Sequence record: ON529857.1 | DNA: 64,000 nt | Strand: one strand, 5' to 3' | In this document: piece after piece, positions 26,691 through 36,267 of the stretch | Position numbering within the stretch: position 1 is the first letter of the stretch | How the letters are laid out: the number at the start of each line of letters is the position of its first letter | Notes under the pieces: generated by a model | The model's database searches: none | The model's input: only the letters and a program-made list of their open reading frames with translations | Told to the model about the DNA's origin: nothing | Made by a program: the position numbers and the translations under genes

Positions 26691-27162
26691 CCAAGACGCG
26701 GCGATTGACGCGATTCGCATAGGCCCAGGCGCGGCTGTCTTCCTCGGCGCGCTCATAGGCCGCCTTGGCGTCGGCGGCGCGTTGGGCGTCGAACGCCTCG
26801 CGCGGAAACGCCTTCTCGATGCGCTCGCGTTGCGTCTCGTGCCAAGGGCGCGGATCATAGACCGGCGGCGGGGCGGGCGGGGTCTTGCCGTCCAGCGTGA
26901 CACGGGCGCCGTTCAGGCCGTGCGACCACATACCGCCGGGGTTGAGGTGCGCCAGCAGGTCGAGCGGGTCCATGCCTTCGGGCGCGGTCAGGGCGAGGCC
27001 GCCGCGCTTGTTCAGGGCGTGGGCCGGAAACTGGCCCGTCTCCGGGTCGCGCAGGATCAGGGCGTATTCAGCGGCGAAGCCGGCTTCATCCACGCGGCCC
27101 TTTTCGAGCAAATAGGCGTTGATGGCGGGATTGTTCTTGGCGGCCTTGGCGAGGGTCAACAT
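26683..27162 (-). CDS. Cassette hypothetical protein
   Basis: Start MLTLAKAA after consensus RBS. Confidence 0.7.
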   Translation of the reverse strand: MLTLAKAAKNNPAINAYLLEKGRVDEAGFAAEYALILRDPETGQFPAHALNKRGGLALTAPEGMDPLDLLAHLNPGGMWSHGLNGARVTLDGKTPPAPPPVYDPRPWHETQRERIEKAFPREAFDAQRAADAKAAYERAEEDSRAWAYANRVNRRVLAA

Positions 27163-27306
27163 GGGGTGTCTCCGTTGCGTTGCCCCCGGTGTAGGGGATG
27201 GGCGCACAGGTGTCAACCCCTATTTTCTGGAAAATAGCCCTAGAAGATGACGCTAGGGCGTTAACCTTAACAAATCCCGACCATAGCGCCGGGGCGGCGC
27301 CTGGCC

Positions 27307-27627
27307 CTAGTGGGCGGGGAAGATCACCCGCCCTTGAGGCGTCACATCGTAATCCCACGCGGCGAACAGGGCGGCTTCGGCCAGCGCGTCCTCGCGCGAC
27401 ATCGATGCGGCGGCCTCGGCGGCTTCCACCGCGTCAATGTCCGCCAGTTCCTCGGCGTAGGCGTCGGGATCGCCGTAGCCGCAGGGACGGTTGGGGCGGT
27501 TGGCGAGCCACGCCTCGGCCTCGGCGAGGGTGATGCGGCCCATGGACGGGCGCGAGCCGTAGTCGTTCTTGTAGAGGTCCGAGTAGAGGCTAAGGACCGA
27601 TTCTTCGTGGGTCGGAGCGGGGAACAT
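27307..27627 (-). CDS. Cassette hypothetical protein
   Basis: Start MFPAPTHEE; SDLYKNDYGSRP. Confidence 0.7.
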   Translation of the reverse strand: MFPAPTHEESVLSLYSDLYKNDYGSRPSMGRITLAEAEAWLANRPNRPCGYGDPDAYAEELADIDAVEAAEAAASMSREDALAEAALFAAWDYDVTPQGRVIFPAH

Positions 27628-27946
27628 GGCGTCTCTCCGGCGGGACCATCCCGCCACATGAGCAATCTAGCAAAGAGAAGTTAACAAGAGGTAAACGCCG
27701 GGAGGTTTTCTGGCGAAAAATCGGCGCGGGTCCCCGACTTGAATCGGGCAGGGTCCCCGGATCGATTCCGGCGGGTTCGTCGCAAGTCAGGGCGCCGCCG
27801 ATGCGCCGGGTCGATTCCCACTCATGGCGCATGAGCAGGCCCGTTCCGATCAGTTGCGGGTGTTTGTGGATCGGCTCGCCACACGCCGTTACGGCGGTTT
27901 TACCGCCCGGCGCAACCGCGCCGAGCAGGTGAATCTTCAACGCCAT
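27590..27946 (-). CDS. Hypothetical protein (C-terminal part doubtful)
   Basis: Coupled to the arfA-like gene; C-terminus runs through GGGTCCCC repeats and intergenic DNA. Confidence 0.4.
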   Translation of the reverse strand: MALKIHLLGAVAPGGKTAVTACGEPIHKHPQLIGTGLLMRHEWESTRRIGGALTCDEPAGIDPGTLPDSSRGPAPIFRQKTSRRLPLVNFSLLDCSCGGMVPPERRHVPRSDPRRIGP

Positions 27947-27947
27947 G

Positions 27948-28058
27948 TCAGCGCCCCTTGCGGGTGTAGGAACCCTTACCCTTACGGGGACGAACCACGC
28001 GGGGGCGATAGGCCGGGGTGGCGAGGGCGGCGGCGGCCGGGTTTTTCTTGGGCTTCAT
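27948..28058 (-). CDS. arfA: ArfA-like alternative ribosome-rescue factor, 36 aa
   Basis: Below ORF-track cutoff: MKPKKNPAAAALATPAYRPRVVRPRKGKGSYTRKGR, with the ArfA KGKGSY.RK signature; consensus RBS and own promoter (28109). Confidence 0.72.
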   Translation of the reverse strand: MKPKKNPAAAALATPAYRPRVVRPRKGKGSYTRKGR

Positions 28059-28125
28059 GGGGTGTCTCCGTTGAAAGCGAAGTCACCTTTAAAGGAAGAG
28101 AGGTTGACTGTCAACCCCTCTTCAG

Positions 28126-28479
28126 TCAGGGCAGGCGCGCCGGGTTCAGCTTCAGCGAGCGGAGGCGAATCGACAGGGCGCCTTTGGCCGGGCTTCGCGT
28201 CGACTTCTCCAGCTTGCCCGTCTTGGCCTTGCAGCAGGGGCAGGCCTTGGCTTGGGTCGGCAGGACGTGGCCCGCCAAGGGGTCCAGCGTTCCGCGCACA
28301 GACAGGGTCAGGGCGAGCCCTTGCAGGGAGGTCAACGCGCCCGAGCGGCGGCGGCGCAGGTCGTCATGAACCGTCAGGCCCGCCGCAAGCCGGTTGGGCC
28401 GCGTTACGGCCACAGTCGAGGTGGAAACGCGGTATCCGCCCGGCAAGAGGCCGCGTGTGTCGGGGATATAGCGGCGCAT
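28126..28479 (-). CDS. Hypothetical protein
   Basis: 117 aa, CPCC; second gene of a cassette. Confidence 0.5.
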   Translation of the reverse strand: MRRYIPDTRGLLPGGYRVSTSTVAVTRPNRLAAGLTVHDDLRRRRSGALTSLQGLALTLSVRGTLDPLAGHVLPTQAKACPCCKAKTGKLEKSTRSPAKGALSIRLRSLKLNPARLP

Positions 28480-28481
28480 GG

Positions 28482-28991
28482 TCAGACCGTCAGCGCGTCG
28501 CGCGCCGCCGTCAGTTGGTCGATCAGCATATCCAGACGCCGCACGGCCTCCGCGCCCGAATCACAACCTTCCTTGGCGTCCAGTTCCACCATGACGGCGG
28601 TAAAGATGGTGTCGCCGTAGTGTGGCGCGTCGGCCAGGGTGCGAATCCATGACAGTTCACCTTCACAGTAGGCGGAGGCGAATTCGCACTGCCACGGCGA
28701 CAGGGGCGAGGCGGGCAGAATCGCGCCCAGAATTTGCGGCCCGAGGTCGTCAGCGACGCGCAGGATTTGGAAGCGGCCCGCCATGCCGTCGTCATAGGCG
28801 AGTTGCAGTTCCTTGGCGAGTTGATAGGCGAACTGTTCGCCGGTCGCCGAACCTTCAGCGACCCCCAGAACGGCCTCGTCGTCGCCTATATCGCGTTGCA
28901 TCAGCACGATCGCGTGATACTCGCTAGGGCTGGCGCGGAAGGACGCCAGAGCGTCCAGCGGGGCGATGAAGGGTGTGAGTTTTTCAGTCAT
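28482..28991 (-). CDS. Cassette hypothetical protein
   Basis: Start MTEKLTPF after consensus RBS. Confidence 0.75.
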   Translation of the reverse strand: MTEKLTPFIAPLDALASFRASPSEYHAIVLMQRDIGDDEAVLGVAEGSATGEQFAYQLAKELQLAYDDGMAGRFQILRVADDLGPQILGAILPASPLSPWQCEFASAYCEGELSWIRTLADAPHYGDTIFTAVMVELDAKEGCDSGAEAVRRLDMLIDQLTAARDALTV

Positions 28992-29141
28992 CGGGTGTCT
29001 CCGTTGTCGGTCCCTCCCTTCTAGCGGGGCGGGCGGAGGTGTCAACCTCTTTTTCTCACTTAATCTAGCGTTAAGGTTAATGCGAGCGGGCCGCAAAAAG
29101 GGGCGTCGCCAGTCCGGCGCCGCCCAGTCTTGCACCTTGTG

Positions 29142-29408
29142 TTAGCGGCCTTGAGCCGCCCGGCGGCGCCAGTCCGCGACCGCCTCCGGCAGGTTGGAGA
29201 AATAGCCGCCCTTGTGGTAGCCGCCCAAGTCGTCATTGCGCCAATGCGTGACGAAGGGGTGGCCCGTGTTGTCGGGAAGGTGGCGCAGGACGACGGCGCC
29301 CTTGCACAGGCCGCGACCGCCCGGAGTCTTGGACTCCAGCAGGGTCACGCGCTTGGAGGGATCGGCGGCGGCAAGGGCCTCTTGGGCCTGGGTCAGATAG
29401 TCAGCCAT
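29142..29408 (-). CDS. Cassette hypothetical protein
   Basis: HPFVTHW...GGYHKGGYF; consensus RBS. Confidence 0.75.
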   Translation of the reverse strand: MADYLTQAQEALAAADPSKRVTLLESKTPGGRGLCKGAVVLRHLPDNTGHPFVTHWRNDDLGGYHKGGYFSNLPEAVADWRRRAAQGR

Positions 29409-29563
29409 GGGGCGTCTCCGTTGTTGACGCCCTAGAACTAAAACAGGGCGGCGGGACTGTCAACATCTCTTTTACAGAAAAGAGGGTTAATGCGCGAGGG
29501 TGTTTCGTTAACCTTAACGCCGGGCGGACGCGATGCGCCCCGGCGCTAGGCCGGGGCGTCGCC

Positions 29564-29854
29564 CTAGAGCGGGTGCAGGCAATGCCACAGGGCGTTAGGG
29601 ACTTCCTCCCCAGCGGACACGGCGGGGAAGTCCGTCGAACCGCCTTCCGGGCCGTAATGAGGCAGGGAGCAGGGCGGAAGGTCGCCCATGAGGCGGATAC
29701 GATAGAGCGGCACGTCAGCGAACGGGGGGTTTTCCACCAGTCCCAGAACCTCGGCGGTGACGCTCCCGTTCATGTAATAGGGCTCATAGGTTACGATCTG
29801 GCCCGGCTTGAAAGTGGTGTTCTCCGGGGTGCGGACGGGGGCGAGCGCCGTCAT
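29564..29854 (-). CDS. Hypothetical SH3-like protein
   Basis: FKPGQIVTY...YRIRL. Confidence 0.6.
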   Translation of the reverse strand: MTALAPVRTPENTTFKPGQIVTYEPYYMNGSVTAEVLGLVENPPFADVPLYRIRLMGDLPPCSLPHYGPEGGSTDFPAVSAGEEVPNALWHCLHPL

Positions 29855-29857
29855 GGC

Positions 29858-30037
29858 TTAGAACCCCTCGGCGATGGCGGCGGCCTGCCGCAGATGCTGT
29901 TCCCCCAGCTTGCGCAGGGCGACGCGCAGCAGACGCCACGCCTCTTTGCGGTTTCCGGCCAGGGCGGCGGCTTCGGCCCGGCGCGCGAAGTGCATCTTGG
30001 ACTTGCGAGCGAGGCGGACGGCTTTGCGGTTGGTCAT
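29858..30037 (-). CDS. Cassette basic protein (paralog of 54582-54794)
   Basis: HFARRAEAAALAGNRKEAWRLL. Confidence 0.7.
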   Translation of the reverse strand: MTNRKAVRLARKSKMHFARRAEAAALAGNRKEAWRLLRVALRKLGEQHLRQAAAIAEGF

Positions 30038-30189
30038 CGGGCGTCTCCGTTTCGATGCCCAAGGTGTAGGGGATGGGCGCGGTGGTGTCAACATCTCTTT
30101 TATAGAAAAATGGTTAACACCCGGTGGGGGTTTGTTAAGGTTAACGCAGGGCGGGCAGGCCGCCGCCCGGCGAACCGGGCGGCGGGGGA

Positions 30190-30612
30190 TCAGTCGGCGG
30201 GGCGTCCCGTTCGGATGCAGTCGCGGGCCTGTTGCAGCGTGTAGCGGGTCAGCCACAGGCGGCCCGCTTCGTCGTCGCTGGCCTCCGGCGTCAGGCCGGG
30301 AAGGCGCGACAGGCGGGCGGCGTTGGCGCACAGCATCTCAGACGGTAGAAGCGCGGCGCACAGAGCCTTGAGCGTTCCCACGTCCAAACCGTTATAGCCG
30401 TCGCCCGCCTTACGGATGACGGCGGCGGCGCGGGCGATCTGCCCCAAAATCGGCAGGACGGCGGACGCCTCTTCCATGGCGGCTTGCGTTAGTTCGATCA
30501 GGTCCGCCGCGTCGTCGTCGCCGTGGGACGCGGCGTCATACCAGATATCAGCGCCCGCCCCCTTGTCGAGGGCGGCGCCGAGGTCCAGCGGGATCGAGCG
30601 GCGCTCGCCCAT
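30190..30612 (-). CDS. Hypothetical protein
   Basis: Coupled second gene of a cassette. Confidence 0.65.
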   Translation of the reverse strand: MGERRSIPLDLGAALDKGAGADIWYDAASHGDDDAADLIELTQAAMEEASAVLPILGQIARAAAVIRKAGDGYNGLDVGTLKALCAALLPSEMLCANAARLSRLPGLTPEASDDEAGRLWLTRYTLQQARDCIRTGRPAD

Positions 30613-30896
30613 TAGACCGCCTCCCAGCCGGTTTCCGCGTTGTCGTTTTGGACGACTTGCAGTTGCAGCGCCGAATCATAGTTCGGGGTGAAGGGGCCGA
30701 GAATCCGCAAGGTGGCCTCTTCGATCTCCTCTTCGGTGAAGCCGTGTTCGCCAGAGCAGAAGAAGGCGGCGGCCTGTTCCCCGGCGGCGGTGGCGTCGGG
30801 GTTGCCCCCTTCCTCATACCACACTTCGTCAGAGGCCAGGCGCCCGCCGTTCGCGTCGAGCAGGTGGACGACAAAGAAAAAGGCTTGGGTTTGCAT
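30612..30896 (-). CDS. Cassette acidic hypothetical protein
   Basis: Start MQTQAFF after consensus RBS. Confidence 0.7.
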   Translation of the reverse strand: MQTQAFFFVVHLLDANGGRLASDEVWYEEGGNPDATAAGEQAAAFFCSGEHGFTEEEIEEATLRILGPFTPNYDSALQLQVVQNDNAETGWEAV

Positions 30897-31048
30897 CGGG
30901 TGTCTCCGTGTTGATGCCCAAGGTGTAGGGGATGGGCGCGGAGGTGTCAACACCTCTTTTTCACGGAAAAGGGTTAACGTCGCGAGGGTTTTGTTAAGGT
31001 TAACGCGAACGGTTCGCAGCGCGCCGCCCGGCGAACCGGGCGGCGGGG

Positions 31049-31204
31049 TCAGGCTTGCAGGGCGTCGCGGATCAGCCGCTTGATCCCGTCGAGGGTGTCG
31101 GCGCGCAACCGTTGCCCGTCCGGGGCGGTGGCGGTCCAGCGGATTCCGCTGGCGTTCAGGTCGGCGGGGTGAATGAACACCCCGCGATATTGCTTCATCT
31201 TCAT
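31049..31204 (-). CDS. Small hypothetical protein, 51 aa
   Basis: Hand translation MKMKQYRGVFIHPAD...GIKRLIRDALQA; GGAGG RBS. Confidence 0.6.
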   Translation of the reverse strand: MKMKQYRGVFIHPADLNASGIRWTATAPDGQRLRADTLDGIKRLIRDALQA

Positions 31205-31626
31205 GCCGTCACCTCCGCCGGGGCGCGAATCATATCGGCGAGCAGGTCAATCGCCTTGTTGACGACCGGCAGGGAATAGACGCAGAACTCGCCCAAGGTG
31301 ACGACTTGCGCCGACTGCCACAGATAGGCGCGCAGATTGGCGCGGCGCTCGCCGTTCGCGGGCTTTTCGGTGGTGATGAAAATCGTGGCGCCTAGCGCCG
31401 GGTAGTCGTGAAACCCTGACGGGAATCGGGTGCCGAAACCGCGCATGGCGTTCTTGTCGAACCAATAGCCTCGACGGCGCCGGGCGTAGTCGCGTTCGAT
31501 ATTGGCGAGGCAGTTGCTCGAACCGGTGAAGGCCGGGCCTTCGTGCGGGGCGGGGGATTGCGCGGCCAGGGCGGCTTGCAGGTCGCTAAGGGCGGCGGCG
31601 GCGAGGCGTTGGGCTTGCGTGGACAT
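31201..31626 (-). CDS. Cassette hypothetical protein
   Basis: Start MSTQAQ; YWFDKNAMRGFGTR. Confidence 0.7.
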   Translation of the reverse strand: MSTQAQRLAAAALSDLQAALAAQSPAPHEGPAFTGSSNCLANIERDYARRRRGYWFDKNAMRGFGTRFPSGFHDYPALGATIFITTEKPANGERRANLRAYLWQSAQVVTLGEFCVYSLPVVNKAIDLLADMIRAPAEVTA

Positions 31627-31775
31627 GAGGCGTCTCCGTTTCGATGCCCAAGGTGTAGGGGATGGGCGGGAAGGTGTCAACACCCTTTTTCTGTAATAAT
31701 ACGGTTCACGCTTGTTAAGGTTAATGCGACCGGAACGCATGACCCGCCCGGCGAACCGGGCGGGGTGATGCAGGG

Positions 31776-32096
31776 TCAACCGATCAGGCGAGTCTTAAGC
31801 GTCGCGCGGCCTTCCGGCGTCAGTTTGGCGCGTTGAGTGCGGAGGAAGGTCAAGGCGTTCTCATAGCTGGCGACCCGGCCCGCATACTGGCGTTCCAACC
31901 ACTTGAGCGGGGCCGGGTATTGCGAGGCGTAAAAGGCCACGCGGCCCGGCGTGATGCGTGGAAACAGCTTGGCGCGGGCTTCCTTGATCGAGGTCGCGCC
32001 CGGCGCGGGCAGGGAGGCGACCACGCGGCCCTTGCGGAGAATATGAGCCGTATTCAGTTCCGGCGCATAGGCGTGGCGTTCAAGAGCGATTTTCAT
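31776..32096 (-). CDS. Cassette hypothetical protein
   Basis: Start MKIALERH after consensus RBS. Confidence 0.7.
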   Translation of the reverse strand: MKIALERHAYAPELNTAHILRKGRVVASLPAPGATSIKEARAKLFPRITPGRVAFYASQYPAPLKWLERQYAGRVASYENALTFLRTQRAKLTPEGRATLKTRLIG

Positions 32097-32249
32097 CCGG
32101 TGTCTCCGTTGCGATGACCAAGGTGTAAGGGATGGGCGGGAACGTGTCAACCTCTTTTTATTGTGAAGAGGGTTAACGCCGGAAAGTGATTTGTTAAGGT
32201 TAACACGGCGCGGGTGGAGGAAACCGCCCGGAGAACCGGGCGGCGGGGA

Positions 32250-32759
32250 TCAGCGCGCCTTGCGGGCGCAATGCGCCTCATATTCGAAGCCGCTCATGAT
32301 GACGGGCGGGTCGTCGTGATTGGCCTCCGCCGATTCGCGCGCTTCATTCCAAGCGTCGTCACGCATGGCGTCGCGGCCTTCGTCGCTGTCTTCATAGTCG
32401 TCGGAATCCAGCGTGACGGTGATTCGGCCCGAGACGTAGGGCGCCGTTTCGGGCGCTTCCGGGTCGCGGATGAACGCCCGATAGGTCGAGGGTTCGCCGC
32501 CGTTCTCATATTCTTCGCCGTCCCCGCCGTCCTGCAAATAGGCTTCGGCGGCGGCGGGATCATCGGCGCGGTCCGTAAGGAAGGCGTTACGCAGGAAGTC
32601 GATACGCGACGACGGCGTGAGGCTGCAAACGTGCGTCGCCTCGCCTTCGCAGAACAGATAGAGGCCGAACACCGGCGAGCCGGCCAGGGCGGGCGGAAGG
32701 TTCCAATATTGCGTCTCTTCAACCGCTAGGGCGCGGAAGTGAAATTCGACTTGGGCCAT
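32250..32759 (-). CDS. Cassette acidic hypothetical protein
   Basis: Start MAQVEFHF after consensus RBS. Confidence 0.7.
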   Translation of the reverse strand: MAQVEFHFRALAVEETQYWNLPPALAGSPVFGLYLFCEGEATHVCSLTPSSRIDFLRNAFLTDRADDPAAAEAYLQDGGDGEEYENGGEPSTYRAFIRDPEAPETAPYVSGRITVTLDSDDYEDSDEGRDAMRDDAWNEARESAEANHDDPPVIMSGFEYEAHCARKAR

Positions 32760-32903
32760 GAGGTGTCTCCGTTTCGATACCCAAGGTGTAGGGGATGGGC
32801 GGGAGAATGTCAACACCTCTTTTTCAGAAAATGTCGGGCAAGGTTTTGTTAAGGTTAACGCGACGGGGACGCGGAACGCCCCGGCTTCGCGCCGGGGCGT
32901 GGG

Positions 32904-33173
32904 TCATCCGTCAGACCGGGGGTGCGCCAGATAGTCGAGAACCGAACCACCTTCGCAATCCGCTTCGGGGCAATGCAGGCGCATCGACCATGTAAAGCGC
33001 GGCGTCTGGTCGTCGCCGTCTTCGCCCGGCGCGATCCCGACGACGTGCGACACGTCTTCGCGATCCATCCAGCGATTGGCGGCGACGACTTCCGCCGTCG
33101 TCAGGCTGGAGGCGTCGCCGTTGATCAGATAGGGCGCCCACGCTTCCGGGCCGGTTATGGTGACGAACCTCAT
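32904..33173 (-). CDS. Hypothetical protein
   Basis: MRFVTITGPEAWAPYLINGDASSL; coupled. Confidence 0.65.
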   Translation of the reverse strand: MRFVTITGPEAWAPYLINGDASSLTTAEVVAANRWMDREDVSHVVGIAPGEDGDDQTPRFTWSMRLHCPEADCEGGSVLDYLAHPRSDG

Positions 33174-33508
33174 TGGACACCTGCGATGATCGACATATCG
33201 CCGTAGAACTTGCCGCCGTAAGCGATCAAATCCGATTCGGCGTAAAGGTGCCAGTCGATCCACCGGCGGTCGTCGCCGTCCACCGTGAAGCCCATGCCGT
33301 TGCTGACGCCGCGCGCCTCCCAATCGGCGAACACTTCGGGGAAAGCCGCCTTGAACGCCTCGCGTTCCATGGCGAACTTCACATCGCACAGATAGGTGAT
33401 GTGGACATAGCGGAAGGGGCCGATAGTCGGGCCTTCAAACCCAAAATCGTCCATCTCCTGATCGACCGAATCGCGGCCGTGGAAAAGTCGGATATGCACG
33501 TCAGCCAT
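33170..33508 (-). CDS. Cassette hypothetical protein
   Basis: LFHGRD...GFEGPTIGP...YGGKFYGD. Confidence 0.75.
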   Translation of the reverse strand: MADVHIRLFHGRDSVDQEMDDFGFEGPTIGPFRYVHITYLCDVKFAMEREAFKAAFPEVFADWEARGVSNGMGFTVDGDDRRWIDWHLYAESDLIAYGGKFYGDMSIIAGVQ

Positions 33509-33606
33509 GGGGTGTCTCCGTTGTTGGCCCTCTTGTTGTAGAGCCGGGGCGGGAGAGTGTCAACACCTCTTTTTCAGAAAAAGGATTAACAGATTCCGGG
33601 CGGGCA

Positions 33607-33650
33607 TTAACCTTAACTCCGCGTTAAGGTTAACGCGAGCGGCTCGCAGA
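33607..33650. promoter_or_regulatory. Representative full cassette operator: TTAACCTTAA-N7-TTAAGGTTAA plus GCGA-N5-TCGC
   Basis: ttaaccttaa ctccgcg ttaaggttaa c gcga gcggc tcgc; full versions also near 49098, 52426, 53121, 54885. Confidence 0.75.
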
Positions 33651-33681
33651 ACACCGCCCGGCGAACCGGGCGGCGGGGAGA

Positions 33682-33936
33682 TCAGGCGGCGGGCGGCGCC
33701 GGGATCGGATAGCGGGCGGCGAGGTCTTTGGCCGTCCATGCGTCCGGGGTGTCAAGGTCGCGGTCCTCGGCGTAGAGGCGAGCGCATTCCTGCACGGTCT
33801 CGCCGCGCTGGAGGTGATCGTCATACAGGCCGCGCAGTTCGGACTCGTCGGCCCCGGCGTCGCGGTAGTCGATGCCGTAGCCCGCCAGCAGGGCGGCGTT
33901 TGCGGCGGCGAGCCAGAGTTCAAAGGTGGGATACAT
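33682..33936 (-). CDS. Cassette hypothetical protein
   Basis: Consensus promoter and RBS. Confidence 0.7.
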   Translation of the reverse strand: MYPTFELWLAAANAALLAGYGIDYRDAGADESELRGLYDDHLQRGETVQECARLYAEDRDLDTPDAWTAKDLAARYPIPAPPAA

Positions 33937-34148
33937 CGGGTGTCTCCGTTGTTGATGGCTCCACTCTAGGGGTTGGGCTGGAGAGTGTCAACACTTCTTT
34001 TTCAGAAAAGAGGGTTAACAGAATCCGGGACGCCGTTAAGGTTAATGCGACCCGTTCGCGTTAACCTTAACGGGCGACGGGCGGAAATGGTTAACGGGGT
34101 GTTAACCATGGGCCAGGTTCGGGGGCGGTCGCCCGCCCCCTTCCCCGA

Positions 34149-34433
34149 TCAGGCCGCTTCGATGGGCATGGACGCCATAGCGGCGTCAATGGTCGCGGTC
34201 AGGTCGGCAATCGCCGCATCATGCTTCGTCTTGCCCTTGTAGGTCTTGCCGGTGATGGCCGAGGCGCTGGCGAGCATTTTGGTGATGGTAACGCCGCGCG
34301 TCGGGATCATGCCGCAGTCACGGTGAAGCTTGATGCCCATCCGCAGGGACTTAAGGCCGTAGAGCTTGACGGCGTCCGCGCCTTCATAGGTGACGGCGCC
34401 GGTCTTGCTGACGGTGATGCGGTCGTTGTTCAT
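34149..34433 (-). CDS. Cassette hypothetical protein
   Basis: Consensus promoter and RBS. Confidence 0.75.
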   Translation of the reverse strand: MNNDRITVSKTGAVTYEGADAVKLYGLKSLRMGIKLHRDCGMIPTRGVTITKMLASASAITGKTYKGKTKHDAAIADLTATIDAAMASMPIEAA

Positions 34434-34618
34434 CGGGTGTCTCCGTTGTTGATGGCTTCACTCTAGGGGTTGGGCGGCAGGGTGTCAACACCTCTTTTTC
34501 AGAAAAGATGGTTAACGGATTCCGGTGGTTTTGTTAACCTTAACGCCGGGGCGGGTTTTGTTAAGGTTAACGCGAGCGGGTCGCAGGGCGCGCCCCGGCT
34601 AGGCCGGGGCGCCGAGGG

Positions 34619-34987
34619 TCAACCCTCAAAGCGGTCATGAACGGGGGCGATGGCGGTGTATCGGCCGCCGCCGAGGCTTTCCACAGCCTCGCCGAAACGG
34701 CTGTCGCTCGTTCCGGCATAGTTGCCGCCCATCATCAGCCAGCGCGAGTCTTTCGCGCCGGTGGCGTCCGCCGGGACGATCTTGACCGATCCGGCGACGT
34801 TGCCCTTCACCAGATAGGCGGCGGGGGCGTCTTCGGACGGCGAGGACGGTCCAGACACATTGACGAGCGTGAGGGCGGCCACGCGGCTCGAAACGCCGCC
34901 GTTGGTGCAATCCTCCGCGTCCAGCTTCAGCAGGTCGCCGGGGCGATCCGCCGGGGCGCGGCGGTAGATGTAAACAGTCAGGCCCAT
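34619..34987 (-). CDS. Cassette hypothetical protein
   Basis: DCTNGGVSS...MMGGNYAGTSDSRF; consensus promoter and RBS. Confidence 0.75.
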   Translation of the reverse strand: MGLTVYIYRRAPADRPGDLLKLDAEDCTNGGVSSRVAALTLVNVSGPSSPSEDAPAAYLVKGNVAGSVKIVPADATGAKDSRWLMMGGNYAGTSDSRFGEAVESLGGGRYTAIAPVHDRFEG

Positions 34988-35121
34988 CGGGGTGTCTCCG
35001 TTGTTGATGACTTCACTCTAGGGGTTGGGCGGTAGGGTGTCAACACCTCTTTTGCAGAAAAGATGGTTAACGGATTCGGGTGGTTTGTTAAGGTTAACGC
35101 GACTGAATCGCAGAACGGCCT

Positions 35122-35256
35122 TTACAGGCCGCCCCCGAACCCCGACGCCGCCGTGACGCCCGCCAGCGCCATAAAGGCGGCGACCCATAGCCAAGCCGCC
35201 TGAAAGGATTCAGCCCGGCGGCGGCGGTCGAGAGCGGAGGGACGGCGCCGGGTCAT
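35122..35256 (-). CDS. Small membrane peptide, 44 aa
   Basis: MTRRRPS...AAWLWVAAFMALAGV; coupled. Confidence 0.45.
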   Translation of the reverse strand: MTRRRPSALDRRRRAESFQAAWLWVAAFMALAGVTAASGFGGGL

Positions 35257-35441
35257 GCCGGGCGCCCGTCCGACGCCAGCACCTCTAGGTGACAGGCATG
35301 GCCGATCCGGTTGAGATGGCGCATGGCGCTGTTCGCCGTGTTCAGGTCCGCATAGGACACGCCAGAGGCGATGAAATAAGGCGCGGCGTCTCGGCGCGGG
35401 TCGCCGCGATGGGGAGCGAGGGAAGGGACGACGGCGAACAT
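35253..35441 (-). CDS. Cassette hypothetical protein
   Basis: GGAG RBS, promoter 35511. Confidence 0.6.
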   Translation of the reverse strand: MFAVVPSLAPHRGDPRRDAAPYFIASGVSYADLNTANSAMRHLNRIGHACHLEVLASDGRPA

Positions 35442-35646
35442 GGCGGAACTCCCGAACGGGCGGAATTGCCCTGGCGTTCATGGCCTCAATCTAGGAGCGG
35501 TGGCACAGGTTGTCAACCATTCTTTTATATTGGAATGATTAACGGCGGTGGGTGGGTTCTGTTAACCTTAACGCCGGGATGGAATCTGTTAAGGTTAACG
35601 CAAACGGGTCGCAAGGCGCGCCCGGCTCGAAAGCCGGGCGCGGGTC

Positions 35647-36267
35647 TCACATGGTTCCGATAGAGCCGTCGTCGCCCATCGCCAAGTCATAGTCCCCGAA
35701 CTCGCGGGCGGCTTCGCTGAGGCGTTCGGCTTGCGGTTCGGGCCAATCGCCGTCCCAGAAGCCCGCGCCGTGACCGTTGCGGGTCAGCCAAAAGTCATGA
35801 CCGGCGCGGCCCCATTCGTCAAAGTCCGGGCCGCAAACTACCTTGCCCGTCGCTATGGCGGATTCGATGGTGGCGCGATTCGCCGTCACGAAGGCGGCGC
35901 AATCGGCGATCATGTCGCGCAGGGTTTCGGGGCGAACGTCAAACGGCCCGAAGTCAAGCGCCCGGTCGCCTTCGGCGCGGGGGTCGCCGTGTTTGAACTC
36001 TACGCCCGTCCACAGGGCGGATACGATATAGGCTTGCGCGAAGTCGTCCGCCGCATCGAACAGGCGGCCCGATTCCACCCGATAGGCGGCGCGGGTCGCG
36101 GCGTCGGCTTCCTCCGCCGCCTCGACGATCTTACGCGCCTTGGCGAGGTCCGCCTTAGAGTGCAAATGCTGTAAGCCTAGAACCTCGCGCGCGGCGATCA
36201 ATTCGGGCGTCATGACGCTGTATTCAGGAACGACGGCGGCGGCGGTCAGTTGAGCCAGGGTCTGCAT
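35647..36267 (-). CDS. Cassette hypothetical protein, GHDFW..RNGHGAGF family (paralog of 49170-49742)
   Basis: AGHDFWLTRNGHGAGFWDGDWPEP. Confidence 0.8.
   Translation of the reverse strand: MQTLAQLTAAAVVPEYSVMTPELIAAREVLGLQHLHSKADLAKARKIVEAAEEADAATRAAYRVESGRLFDAADDFAQAYIVSALWTGVEFKHGDPRAEGDRALDFGPFDVRPETLRDMIADCAAFVTANRATIESAIATGKVVCGPDFDEWGRAGHDFWLTRNGHGAGFWDGDWPEPQAERLSEAAREFGDYDLAMGDDGSIGTM

Noticed and set aside
29858-32816. Recurrent N-terminal peptide LTPPRPSPTPWASKRRRPM in several ORF-track proteins
   Set aside because: This is translation through the repeated promoter/leader. True starts are the ATGs after GGAGACACCC, so starts were reassigned.
33607-33633. TTAACCTTAA-N7-TTAAGGTTAA as a tyrosine-recombinase (dif/attC-like) crossover site
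   Set aside because: The arm-spacer-arm geometry fits, but the 7-bp spacers differ between copies (crossover needs matching spacers) and no integrase is in the window. A CtrA-type site explains it better.
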